A DNA stretch of 18,437 bases from Bugula neritina (GCA_964035545.1 CAXIUT010000083.1:1-18437), one strand, 5' to 3'. Shown: positions 1 to 13,180, counted from the stretch's first letter. A program made the numbers and translations. The notes: generated from the sequence alone by a model not told the origin.

Positions 1-86
1 CCAACCCCAACCCCAACCCCAACCCCAACCCCAACCCCAACCCCAACCCCAACCCCAACCCCAACCCCAACCCCAACCCCAACCCC
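1..86 (-). repeat. Left telomere, (CCCCAA)n, ~14 units
   Basis: Perfect CCCCAA tandem from base 1 to 86. This is the C4A2/T2G4 repeat known from Tetrahymena and related ciliates, with the C-strand on + as expected for a left chromosome end. Confidence 0.98.
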
Positions 87-88
87 AT

Positions 89-2215
89 ATTTTTGATGAT
101 ATCTTTAATGTGACTGATAAAAAAGATAAAGATAAAATATTTTATAATGTTATCAAGTAACATTTGAAATCAAAAACTATTATTCTAATTACATCTTAAT
201 AAAAATATATAAAATAATCAGATAGAGTCCTTTATTTCTAAAATGGTCATCTAACTAAATTAGCTTAACTAGATTCTCTAAAAACCAGTACCAGCGAACA
301 AGCAATCAATTTTCTAAAAAATATATAAAAAAATTAGTAGTTGACTATTGAAGAGCATCTTACGGTTAGAAAATTAAAAAAACAAGTTTCATTAATCACA
401 ACATTGCAAAAATTGTAATAATAGTCACAGAAAGTATAAATTACTCCTTTTTAAAATTTTAAAGTTTATCTAAGCAGAAATTCAAGCTTTTTCTTCACAA
501 CCATTTTGATAATAATGACAATAATCGTTGCTTCAAGCACTTTTGTTTTACAAAAAGCTTTCAACCGATGGATTTTTTCTCAACATAATTAAGGTTATTT
601 TGCTATTGTCTTATTAGCAGGTATAAATACAGTTAATGGTCTTTTGAATTGTTTCACTTTCAAAAGGTTTTATGATTCACCTATCTTTCAAACTCTTCAT
701 GATGATATGGTCAAAGGAATCCTTTTTGCTCCTCTTTCTTCAATAGAATAACTAGGAACAGAAAAGATAAAAAAAAGGTTTTCAGCAGATCTAAAGACAG
801 TTGATACAATGTCAACTATCAATTTTTGTACCACAGAAGTTTATATTCAGCTAATAATAACTTATATTTTTACTTTACTTTATACTTTTATAAAGAAAAA
901 AATACCTGTTCTTATAATCTATTGGATTGTTCATTTCGGTGCTATGATATACTTTTATATGAAAGAATTAAGCCTTGATCTAAATGTAAGCAGCATCCAA
1001 AACAAAGAAAAATCTTCTATTAATCGTAAATTTTAATAAAGTCTTCAAGGTTCTTCAACCGTTAGAGCAAGTCAAATGTTTTAATATATATAATAAAATT
1101 ATTGTCAAAAGATAAAAGTTTTTGGAAAAGCTGTTATTCTTAAGTCAGTTTTAAATTAAAGAATAAGAGTTATGGTTAAAATTTTAGCAAATATTTATGC
1201 CGTACTTATTTTAATATTGATATATTTTAACTAAGACATGTTTGGTACATTAACTATTTTTTTACTATATAAAGTCTTTACTGTATAATAAACAATGATT
1301 ACCTTTCATAAAACTTTACATACTTCAGGAAAAAAACTAAAATATGAAGGATTATGTTAACAAATTACTAAAATAGAACCATAAAATGGTCATAAATCAT
1401 TTTTATAGTCAAATTATCAACCAAATTAATAGATTTCTTTTTAAAATTCTAATAAATAACTATTTCCTCGAGGATAAATATAATTTGACTAATTTTCAAT
1501 ATCTATCCCTATGTAAGAATCAAATAAAGCTATTAAATTAAACAATTTATCAATAAAAATAAAAGGTGGATAAAAAATAGGGATAGTTGGAGCAGTCGGA
1601 AGTGGTAAAAGATCAGTTATTTCAAGTTTACAAAGATTAAGATAATTTTAAAATGGAAAGATCTTCATTGATGGTATAGATATTAGTACGATAAAACTAT
1701 ATGATCTGAGAATAAATATTAATGTTATTTTGCATATAAATTCTATTTTCTAAGGAACAGTCAGAGTTAATCTTGATCCTACTAGCTGCTACTAAGATTA
1801 GTAAATTTAAAAAGCACTGAAAGCCTGTGATCTCTGGGATCATTTTTAAAAATAAGAAGGCCTAGAGACAATAATATCTGAAGAAAAACTGAGTGAAGTT
1901 CAGAAGTATTTACTCAATATTGCTAGAACTGTACTGAATCCCAAAAAGATAGTTTTAATAGATGAAATTACTGAAAATATCAGTTAATAAGTAGAGGAAA
2001 AAATAAATAAAATCATGAAGAGACATTATTCTGATAGAACAGTGGTAACAATAGTACATAAAACTTAAACTGTAAGTCACTTTTAAAGGTTATTGGTGCT
2101 AAACTAAGGTTAGGTAGTTAGTTTTGAATGTCCTAAAGCTCTAAAGAAGTCTCTTAAGTCATAAATTGGTTCAATATTCCAATAATTAAAGAAAAGTGGC
2201 TGGAAATCTTAATGA
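89..2215 (+). CDS. ABCC/MRP-type ABC transporter, 5'-truncated (end of NBD1, TMD2, NBD2), divergent
   Basis: With TAR=Glu one frame is open from the telomere junction to TGA 2213-2215. It reads IFDD...KIFYNVIKEHLKSKTIILIT...SDRVLYFENG (NBD1 Walker B to end), LHDDMVKGILFAPL...RFSADLKTVD and FEESLQGSSTVRA (TMD2 motifs), FPRGEIEF, GEKIGIVGAVGSGK (Walker A), IVLIDE (Walker B) and TVVTIVH (H-loop). There is no ATG before 515. Confidence 0.88.
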
Positions 2216-2422
2216 TAAAAAAAATGATATTAAAATATTTATCATCAATCAAATTAATCTTATTGAGAGAAATAAATAAATATTTTATTATGATATTTTA
2301 GTCGAACAATATTGATCATTGTAGTTATCAATATTTTGATAAATATTATCTTTATTTTATTATTATTCTTAAATATCATTAAGAATGCAATAGTTTAATA
2401 ATTAATTAAAAATTCACTTAGA

Positions 2423-2839
2423 ATGGATAAAGGAGTTTTGTTGAAAGAAATACAGAATCTTAATAAAGAAGGGTTTCTTTAAAAACAATCAAGATTTCTC
2501 AAATCTTGGAGAGAGTACTCTTTATATCACTTAGACGATGGGTAGTACTCACCAATGGTTTTCTTTTGACCTTCAAATAAAGAAGATAGTATAAGAGTCC
2601 AACTGAAGTTATCATGCTCAAAGAAGTTATCTCTGTTAAAACTAGCTAAGAAGAATTTTAAAAGAATCATACTTTCGTAATGATTTAGATATTTAGAAAG
2701 TTTAAACAAATGAAACAACATTTTACTTTGCATGTTCAACAATGCTTGAAAAATAAGCTTGGATAGGAGCTCTGGGTATCATTTTTATTATTTAGGAAAG
2801 GCAATGGTTAAAAGTAGTCATATGAATCTTGATGATTGA
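2423..2839 (+). CDS. Small PH-domain protein (~118 aa, 3 introns)
   Basis: After removing introns 2515-2534, 2677-2696 and 2776-2795 it reads MDKGVLLKEIQNLNKEGFLEKQSRFLKSWRERWVVLTNGFLLTFK...FYFACSTMLEKEAWIGALGKAM...DD-TGA. KEG.L.K, W..RW.VL and the C-terminal helix Trp are PH-domain hallmarks. Confidence 0.88.
2515..2534 (+). other. 20-nt spliceosomal intron
   Basis: GTACTCTTTATATCACTTAG. Removal restores the PH motif WRERWVVL. Confidence 0.9.
2677..2696 (+). other. 20-nt spliceosomal intron
   Basis: GTAATGATTTAGATATTTAG. Removal restores the PH frame (HTF-KVET). Confidence 0.85.
2776..2795 (+). other. 20-nt spliceosomal intron
   Basis: GTATCATTTTTATTATTTAG. Removal gives WIGALGKAM. Confidence 0.85.
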
Positions 2840-2899
2840 CATTTATTCATATTTTCAAGAATAATAGTTATTGAAAAGATTATTTAATTTGTATCTGTA

Positions 2900-4867
2900 T
2901 CATAGACGTGGTTTTGCAGCCAATACTTCTTTTATTTTTCCTACTTCCAAAGCTGATTTTGTCACACTTGTATTTATATCACATTCTCGAGCTCTGTTCA
3001 AAAAGTTTTCATAAGGATTTCCATGAACCAGCTCAGACCTAAGGAACTTATCAGGAATTCCATAAGAGTCAAGAAGTACAGCTATTTCAGGTCTTATCTT
3101 TTTCAAAGCTCCTTCTTTCTAGACATTCAGCATAGACCATTTTACAGGACAAACAAATCCTCCTTCGATAATAGGTTCAGCTAGTCTTTGAATCTGTCCT
3201 ACTGCAAAGAGTTTACACAAGTCAGTGAGAAGAGGTTTGATGCTATCATTTTTCTATCTCTTGATAGCTTCGATGAACTAATGAACCATGAACTGAACTC
3301 CATGAAGTTGAGCTAGTTGTTGAAGTCTGATTCCAGTTTTGTAGTTGATAATGTCAGCTTCAGTTTATCCAGGTTCTTTGTTTGATATTCTAGTTCCTAT
3401 CAAACCAAGAATATGACTTATAGCTCTGATCAATACATCTCTCAACTCTTCCATCGTCCAAGGTTTCTTTCCAGCAAACTGCACTTATGATAGCTCTTGG
3501 AAACGATTAATATACTTGATGCTATCTGTAAGAGGTTTTCCTTTAGTGATGTGTCCAAGGTATCCTTTTAAGATATATCTAGCTGTCTGAAGGTACATTA
3601 CAGTATTTTATCCTTCATGAGTATTATTGGCAGCATATTCATTCATAAGTTGTGGAACTCCTGAATAGTAAGAAGTTCCATGACCTCCTAAAGATCTTCT
3701 GAGAATTTCCATTCCATCTTGAGATAGTTAACTGAATAAGCATTTACTAAAAGCAAGATTTGAATGAGTCTCTTGAAGCAAAGAAAAATCACTTTTTACC
3801 ACATTCTTAGTATTCATCTAACTAACTTCTCCTATTTTATTGCCTGCAAGAGTTATAGCATAATACTCAGCTATTCTTGGAATAACTTTTTCCTGTTGAG
3901 TTTGATATTCAATGATAGTATTTTACTTCTTATCATGACCTACACCTTGCTTTCTGAAAAGAGAATATCGAGCAGAAATTATCGTAGTTTGAGCATAAAC
4001 CTTAGGACTTACACAGCTTATTATTTCCCTAATGTACATCATAGTTCCATATCCTATCCTTGGATCTCCAACTTGTCTAAACTATCCAGCATCAGTAACT
4101 TCAGCATATTTTGTAAACAGATTATTTTTAGGAATTCTTACACTTCTAAGGAACATATAGCCATTCTATTTTGCATGAAAACCTATCTTAGGTCCAATAT
4201 CACCTCCTTAGATTCCTGGCAACCAGTTATAGTTTTTGTCTTTTATCTCAACTAAGAAGGGATTGACTCCATGATTTTTACCTTTAATCAGAGTTTGAGC
4301 AAAAACGATAGCATAGTTTGCAAGGATAGAAAGCTCTCCTGGCCAATATTTGGCTGAGCTAATAGTTGGTGAGTTGATGATCCACTCTTTAGTTGTATGA
4401 TCGTATTAAGCTGTTGTTTCAAGACTTCTGATGTCAGAACCATGTCCAACTTCAGTTTGAGCATAGCATCCTATTATTTAACAGGATTTAGCTTTCTGAA
4501 GGTAGAGTTTCTTTTGTTCTTCAGTTCCCATCAGATCTATGTAGGTGATAAACATTCCAAAATGTGCCATTCCAGGAATTTGATGAGGATTAAATAAACT
4601 CATATAAACAATGGGAAGGAAACGATTAAATCCTGGTTGAGAATGATGTACAACATAGTTGTAATAGACTGGTAAATATCTATAGGCATCTTTCATTAAT
4701 TCAAGTCTGCTCTTATTATAGAGATTGGGAGTGTATTAAAGAGTTGGTGCTTTTTCAAGAAATTGTTTCAGATCTGAGTAATACTTACTTCCATAGAGAA
4801 AGTTACTTAAAGTTTCTGAAGAGAAAGAAGACTTCTTGCGCTCATGCTCTAATATTTTTTACATCAT
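2900..4867 (-). CDS. ACOX: Peroxisomal acyl-CoA oxidase (~655 aa, no introns)
   Basis: Continuous frame with TAR=Glu. Motifs include HFGMF, EIIGCYAQTEVGHGSDIRSLETTA, KYWPG, PGIEGGDIGPKIG, EYQTQQ, RRSLGGHG and HEGENTVMYLQTARY. It ends in KPRL-TGA, a PTS1-like tripeptide. Confidence 0.95.
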
Positions 4868-5870
4868 TGATATAATTATCAATCTCATTCATGATTTATT
4901 ATCTCAATAAAATTAATATTCAATTTGATAATTTAATAAGATTTCTGAAGATTTTATTTTCTTATTTAAGAACATTATGAAAGAGTTTATTTTATATTTT
5001 TTTGTTCTTCTTTTATTTTTTATTTTGTCAATTTTTTTATCAAACTATGGCAATTTTTGCTGTTTTAAAGATGACATTTTGAATGATTTTAATTGAGTTA
5101 AAAAAAATCATTTACCTGTATCGATGATAAAATAGATTCAATAAATAAACATTGTTAGATGAAATGTAGAATAATTTTTAGAATAATTTTTATCCTTTTA
5201 ATTCATCAGAAACACATTTTATTTAATCAAAAATATTCAATATGTTTATCACCATGTTTTTTTTTCTCTCAAATTCTTTTAAAATCCTTCCTAATGATAA
5301 AAATGATCGAAATAATTTTACTCTTCTTCTCAATTAACGAATTATCTTTTTTTTACACTCTAATCTAATGATTATTCTCAAAAAAATAAAGATGGTAGTT
5401 TTATCATTTTCAAGAAAAGAGCTATTTTTGACTCTTAATTTAAACAATAAATAAAATGAAATTATAAACAATGACTTTAACAAGAAAGACTATGAGATCA
5501 GTATATACTCATATTTCATCGTAATTATAATAATAAAACTCAAACATGGAAAATATATTTTTTTTTGATAAGTAAAACTAAGAACAATAATAAATAATTG
5601 AGTGGCTAGTTTGATAATTCAGAGTCAAATATTGATCTTAAATCAAATTAGAGAAAAAGAACTAATTCAGAAGTATATTTAGCCCAAATTATTCTTTTAA
5701 TAATTCAAAAAAATTTTTAACTAAAACACGATAACTTGACCTTTATTTCTTGAAACAAGTTTAATCAATTTTAATTAGCTCCTGTTTTTTTTAGTTTATA
5801 ACTTCCATAGTCGTTTTGAGTTTGAATAGTTGATAATTTTAAATCTGTTATATATTTTCTAAAGAAGATA

Positions 5871-6321
5871 ATGGCAAGTAATCACTCATATTTACTCTAA
5901 AACAGTGACGATCGTTCTGGCGGAAGAAAATATCAAACAATATCATATGAGGTGAAGCTTTTATAATATTTAGGTTCGAAAACGTCTAATATAAATGGTA
6001 GTTTAACAAAAAATTTCTATTTATCGATCAGCGAAGCTTTTAACCATTAAAAATTCGACAGCTAAAGCGATTCTTAAAAAGTATAGAGAGGAAGGTATTA
6101 TTTTTAAAAGAAAGTCGTAATGTGATGAAGAGAAATAAAGTTCTCATTAAATATAATAAGAACATCGAATCTCAGGCAGAAACTCTCCAATAACCGAAAG
6201 AAATGAATAAAGAAGATAGTAAACTTTCATTAACCATGTTGTACAACCGTAAATAAATAATTTCTTCTACTTACCACCTTTTCAACCTCAATTTTTTTTA
6301 TTTCCCTTTCAAAGTTATTGA
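5871..6321 (+). CDS. Small helix-turn-helix (homeodomain-like) DNA-binding protein (~142 aa, 1 intron)
   Basis: After removing intron 5952-5973 it reads RKYQTISYEVRKRLIEMVVEQKISIYRSAKLLTIKNSTAKAILKKYREEG, a three-helix HTH pattern, followed by an acidic linker and a Pro/Phe-rich tail ending at TGA 6319-6321. Confidence 0.72.
5952..5973 (+). other. 22-nt spliceosomal intron
   Basis: GTGAAGCTTTTATAATATTTAG. Removal joins ISYE to VRKRLIEMV in frame. Confidence 0.72.
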
Positions 6322-6452
6322 TTTAAAGCAATTATCATATTATTCTTAATTAAAATAACTTTTCAATGAATAAATAATCTATTTAATAAATTTATAGATA
6401 GTTTTAGAATAAATACATCTTTTTTCAACTGTTGAGTTATATTTTATATTAA

Positions 6453-8113
<1,661 letters not shown>

Positions 8114-8200
8114 AAAATAAATGATTTGATTCAAGGGAATCGATATCTTATTAAGTTTCACCTTATATTATTGATCAGTTAAAAAAATTATTTATAAACA

Positions 8201-8989
8201 TCATCTAATTTTTTTTCTTTGACCTTTTATTTTAATTTTAGCTTGCCTAAGATATTAATTTTCAAAAAATTATTCCTACTTTAGAGGATAATCCCAAGCA
8301 CTAACAGAATTTTATTTTGCATATAAGGGATACTATTAATAAATTACATATTATTATGCAGTTAATCTAGGTTCAAGTTTCTAAGTTTTGAATAAGTTAT
8401 CATATTCTTATTTAACAGAACCAATAGAATCTCTTTTATCATTATTTATACAACATTTATGTTTCATTTAATTTATTATCTCTTTTTTTCGATAGTTTTC
8501 TTCATTTTTAAGTCTTAAATCATACTTTGTATTTGTAATTGTCAAGTCTATTTTTTTTTTGCAAATATTTTTTCTATATTTAGCATTTTTTAAGCAAAAT
8601 GGTGATAATTCTAAGTGTTTTTTTGGATGACGACAGTGTTGTGATTCTCCTTTCTGCACAAATTCAGTTTTAAGCTTTTGTTTCAAATATTTTTTATCAT
8701 CTATTTTAAATTAAGTTTTCTAAATCAAATATGTGTTTTTTAATGGAGTTTCATTATTTTATTTTTTCTCAAACTACTTCTTTTGAAGACTATTATTTTT
8801 CTAGTAAAAAAAGTTGTTCATTTTTCTAGCTATTTTTAATTATCTATTGCTTCTATATTTAGTTAGAGATGTATTCTTTTTAGCTTCTTTAGGATTTTTA
8901 AAGCGACTCAATTAATTTATTTATCTAAAGAAGTTGTCCTTGATTAATTTTGTTTAAAATTGTGAAATCGATTGCAAAAGATTCTTCAT
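8201..8989 (-). CDS. Hypothetical Lys-rich protein (~262 aa; the C-terminus may extend to 8158)
   Basis: ATG at 8989 opens a 263-codon frame (MKNLLQSISQFETKLIKDNFFREINELSRFK...) that fills the gap between copine and RNR2. No recognisable domain. Confidence 0.55.
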
Positions 8990-9084
8990 CTATTGTTCTA
9001 TAAAATACCTAGACTTTAGAAAGAATAATAGAAAAGGAAATAATTAATATTTAATTTCTATTAAATAGTTTAATCAAAATAAAA

Positions 9085-10097
9085 TCAAAAATTTTCATTG
9101 ATTCTAAATTATTTATCTTCTTTAGAAGTCATAACACCTGACTTTTGATACTATCCAACTCTTCTCTCAAAGAAATTGGTCTTTCCTTGCAAAGAGATCA
9201 TTTCCATCCAGTCAAAAGGATTTTTACTTCCCCATAGTTTAGGAGCACCAAGAGCCATCAACAATCGATCAGCTACACATTCAATATATTGAGTCATCAT
9301 CTAAATAAAAAAAGAATTACTTTTGAGTTTATTCCAATGAGGTCACTTGGCAAACTTTAAGAAATAAACTTTTTCTAAATATCTACTGCTTCTCGGATGA
9401 TCTATTGAATCAGTTCTGGCTTAAGTTTGTTCTTCAGAAGAGAATAGAGGTGACAAGCAAAGTCAGTATGAAGTCCTTAATCTCTTGAAATGAGTTCGTT
9501 TGAGAAAGTAAGTCCAGGCATCAGTGACCTTTTCTTGAGCCAGAAGATAGCACAGAAAGATCCTGAGAAGAAAATACCTTCTACAGCTGCGAAAGCTATC
9601 AATCTTTCATGGAAAGACTTTTCTTTGTTCATCCACTTCATTGCCCATTGAGCTTTATCTCGAACCACATCGATGTTAGTGATTGCTGAGAAAAGGAAGT
9701 TCTTTTCATTTGCATCTTTGATGTAGGTGTCAATCAGGAGAGAGTAGGTTTCAGAGTGAATGTTTTCCATTGCTATTTGGAATCCATAAAAGCAGCGCGC
9801 TTCAGGTATTTGAACTTCTGAAAAAAACTGCTCTGCCAAGTTTTCAAGAACAATTCCATCTGAAGCTGCGAAGAAGGCAAGCACATTCTTGATGAAGTGT
9901 TTTTCCTGTTGATTTAATTTCTGCCAGTCTTTATTATCTTGGTAGAGATCAACCTCATCTGCAGTCCAGAAAGAAGCCAAGTGCTTCTTGTACATTTCAT
10001 AGATGGAGTGGTATTGGATGGGAAAGAGAACGAAACGTTGAGGGTTTGCAGTGAGAATGGGTTCTTAAACCTGAGAGTCAAGGAAAATAGAGTTCAT
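9085..10097 (-). CDS. RNR2: Ribonucleoside-diphosphate reductase small subunit (class Ia R2, ~330 aa, 1 intron)
   Basis: [106 protein letters not shown] and a C-terminal FRINENF-TGA. Intron at 9301-9320. Confidence 0.97.
9301..9320 (-). other. 20-nt spliceosomal intron
   Basis: Minus strand GTAATTCTTTTTTTATTTAG. Removal gives LIGINSK-MMTQYIE, collinear with R2 proteins. Confidence 0.92.
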
Positions 10098-10418
10098 ATT
10101 ATTTATATTTTCTGTTTGTAAAAGTCAGAGCGCTTAATCTCAGATGTACCGGTTTTTTATATTTAAATTTATTAGGCTAAATAGCTTACAAAAATATTTT
10201 ATGCATACAAAAAATATTTTTTTATAAAATAATGAAATTTGACTAGAAATATAAAGTAGTTTTCCATTTTTTGTTAAATATAAGAGTACTTGAACATAAC
10301 ATAATATAGTTATCTTGATCAATTATTGAAGCTTAATTCAAAGGATATATTATAGCTTTGAAATATTCATTTAAATAATTATTTGAAAATAGGTTTTATT
10401 TAATTTTTTTTGTTGATT

Positions 10419-10676
10419 ATGGATTCGTTTTGCAAGAAGTTTGTGTAGGATATTTTCCTGAAGCATGATTCTGATAGAAGCAACGTTCTGTAGAAAAGAG
10501 AGCTCAAAGCTTGGGTTCGTCAAGAACTTTCTACCCACAAGTTCCTTAACAAAAAGATGGTGCAAAAAGGATTCGATGAGTTCTTCAAAAAGGTTGACAC
10601 CAATAACGACGGAAAGATTGACCGTTGGTAACTCTATGACTATTGTATTAACAATATCTCAGCTAGCGAATAGTGA
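10419..10676 (+). CDS. Small two-EF-hand calcium-binding protein (85 aa)
   Basis: MDSFCKKFVEDIFLKH-DSDRSNVLEKRE-LKAW...FFKKV-DTNNDGKIDRWE-LYDY. Two 12-residue EF loops; position-12 Glu of the second loop is encoded by TAA 10629-10631. Confidence 0.88.
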
Positions 10677-10836
10677 TCATCAACATAATTCAATAGAAAA
10701 CTATCTATTAATTGAGTAAATAGTTATCTATTCAACAACTTTGAAACTAAATCTTTTAAAAACTTATCATTAAACTATTGTGAAGTATTTTATATTTTAA
10801 AACTCTACTATTTTAAGAATGAGTAAAGATCAAAGA

Positions 10837-11390
10837 TCAAAACTTTAGTTTAGGCAAATTTTGACTCATAAGGTATCCTTCTCCTTTGAAAGCATTCTGT
10901 CTGAGCTAGAGTTGATCGATTCGAGTCTTTCTTTGCATTCTATCTTAGACTGAATATTATTTTTTATCATCTCTTATTTTTGAGTTGTAAAAAGTTCTAA
11001 TTCCTGCGAATTTATCAGAACGATCAGTAGCAACTTCCTTGGAGTGACCTCTTTAGTATCTAGCATGAGGTTGAGAAAACTGCATTTACTAAACTCTTTT
11101 GCTACTCCTTTTAGGATGCCAGTTTTCTAGATTTTTGTATTGTCTTAGTCTTGGCTTGAAAATATACTATGGAGTTTTATCTTTTTCGTAATGCTTTCTT
11201 CCAGAGTATATTACTTAATCAGGAATATCAAGACCTTTATAGTTAGAAAAGTACCACTTCTGATGACATCTTTATTGGGATGTATGAACCTAGGTCGAAC
11301 AAAGCGATTACTATGAAGACCTTGCCATTCTAAAGCAGATTCAGTATCGTATTGGTTAAAGTGTTGCATTGTTTTTTCCATTTGACTCAT
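10837..11390 (-). CDS. Hypothetical basic protein (~177 aa, 1 intron)
   Basis: MSQMEKTMQHFNQYDTESALEWQGLHSNRFVRPRFIHPNKDVIRSG-(intron 11235-11254)-LDIPDEVIYSGRKHY...LPKLKF-TGA. Higher GC than its flanks. The start is uncertain because of an upstream out-of-frame ATG at 11466. Confidence 0.68.
11235..11254 (-). other. 20-nt spliceosomal intron
   Basis: Minus strand GTACTTTTCTAACTATAAAG. It matches the size and consensus of the other introns and opens the long downstream frame. Confidence 0.72.
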
Positions 11391-11628
11391 TTAGGAGTTA
11401 ATAAATTTATACAACTTTTATCATCTCCAATAACTGTTTAGTTCTTTTACTTACTTCCTTAATCATATAATAAACAATAGAAGGAGAAGGCTATAAATGA
11501 AAGATTGATAATTTTGATATCTTATTATTAATGTTTTTGAATGAATATCAATGATATCAAGTATCAAATATTGATGATATAAAATATCTATTTGTTGGAT
11601 AGTTAATAATCACATGTTGTAGTTCTCT

Positions 11629-13030
11629 ATGCTAAAAACCATAAAGCTAGTTCTGACTCTTCTATCGTTATTAGTAGTAACAGAAGAGGCTATTTCTCAT
11701 CTTACTCCTAAAAACTACTAACAAAAGTTGCAAGAGACTCCATATACATTGGTCTATTTTTACTCTTCATCTTGTACCTTTTGCAAATAGTTTACTCCAA
11801 TCTTCTAAAAACTATCAAAGGATAAAAAATTGATTGATTTTAAAGTTGGATTCAGCAAAATAGATGGCACAATGTATGAAAATTTTACTCATTCTCTCGA
11901 AGTCTATTCGTATCCATCAATTCTTTTCTATAGAAAAGGCATTAACCTTCCTCTATAATACAGAAAATAAAGAAAAGAGACAGAAATATTAGAGTTTATC
12001 AAGAGTAATATGAAGTCGAGTGATAGACCTTAATGGCTTTAAGAAATAAAGAACTTTTCTATTCAAGAAAGAGTAGAAGCTAAAACTGTTCTTTTCTATG
12101 GGAAAAAAGATTCAAATGAGTTTTGGATTTGGGATACTATCGCTCGTAGAGATGGGTTTATTGGTTGGTCATTAATAGAATCATAGACAACTAAAGTAAT
12201 CATAGGAGATAGATAAATAACAGATTTCAATAACTTAGCCCAAATATAGAAAACCATCTCTGAAGTATTTGCTAAGTTTCATTACCTTTCAGAATAATCT
12301 TGGCTCAAAATGATGGAAAAAAGTACTTGTTTGATTATTAAGAAAAGTTTAGTATAGTTTATTTAAATAAACATGATAATCGTAAAACTAAGTAACTCTT
12401 AAGTTCAATAGCAAAGTAAGTTCCAGAAGTCAACTTCCTTTAAATCAATGTAACTTTTTATTAATAAAGGGAAATCATGAAGATTATAGATAAGCCTTAA
12501 GAATGATAGGCATTCATGATGAAGAGAACATCATATCAGTTGATAGAAAATACAATGTCATTTATATAGCTCCAGTTCCATATACTGAAAAAGGAATAAA
12601 AGACTTCATTGAAAAAGCTAAGAATCATAATTTGGAACCTTATCGAAAGACAGAGAAATCAGATAAGCCTAACAAACTGACTAGGAATAACTTTTAATAA
12701 AAAATGAGTACTTCTCAAGATGTGGTCATGTTTCTTTATGACAAAACAGATCCAATCTCAAAATAGTTGATGAAACTTTTTTAGTTTTTGTTAAAGAAAC
12801 TTAAAAACAATAAAAACTTATTACTACTGAGATGTGATGTAGGAATGAATGAAATTTAAGAAAAACTTGGATTTGTGATAAAGCCAACTCCTAGATTATT
12901 GTTTTTCAGAAACAGAATGAAAGACTATCCCATTCACTTCAGTGGAAAAACTCTTTCTGCAACAACAGTAATTGACTTTATTATGGAAAACACAACGTTT
13001 GACTTCGAAGATGAATGGGCCTAGCTATGA
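11629..13030 (+). CDS. Protein disulfide isomerase-like / thioredoxin-domain ER protein (~453 aa, 2 introns)
   Basis: Signal-peptide-like MLKTIKLVLTLLSLLVV, then LTPKNYE...LVYFYSSSCTFCKEFTPIFEKL...FSKIDG...EVYSYPSILFY (Trx fold, CxxC). A second, CxxC-less Trx-like domain lies near the C-terminus, which ends EDEWAEL-TGA (ER-retention-like). Alternative start at 11614. Confidence 0.85.
12323..12342 (+). other. 20-nt spliceosomal intron
   Basis: GTACTTGTTTGATTATTAAG. Frame-restoring. Confidence 0.75.
12450..12469 (+). other. 20-nt spliceosomal intron
   Basis: GTAACTTTTTATTAATAAAG. Brings the frame into the 12503 ORF. Confidence 0.78.
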
Positions 13031-13180
13031 AAGGATGATTTTATTATGATAATTGGCACTAATCTTAGTAATCGACAATTAGTATTAATTTAGTAATAAA
13101 GATTAAGTTGATAACTATTTGAATGAACTTCATAAATTGTTTGATGATTATAAGTGCAAAGTAGTGGAAATGAATCAAGG

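Noticed and set aside
3764-4597. Plus-strand ORFs 3764-4255 and 4397-4597
   Set aside because: They are antisense shadows of the acyl-CoA oxidase gene. The same applies to 2527-2742, 9939-10121, 10371-10565, 13154-13375 and 16452-16634 over other genes, and 10465-10719 is an off-frame read of the EF-hand gene.
4868-5870. Possible gene in the ~1-kb gap (minus-strand 100-codon ORF 5808-5509; plus-strand ORF 5159-5371)
   Set aside because: No recognisable motif and very AT-rich. ORFs of this size are expected by chance when TGA is the only stop. Left unannotated.
10419-10676. Calling the EF-hand protein spasmin, centrin or calmodulin
   Set aside because: Only 85 aa with two EF-hands and no recognisable centrin or calmodulin sequence.
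11391-11466. Extra 5' exon (MIKEVSKRTKQLLEMIKV) joined by a 22-nt segment 11412-11391
   Set aside because: The segment ends in AA rather than AG and lacks the -6 A, so it cannot be supported without cDNA.
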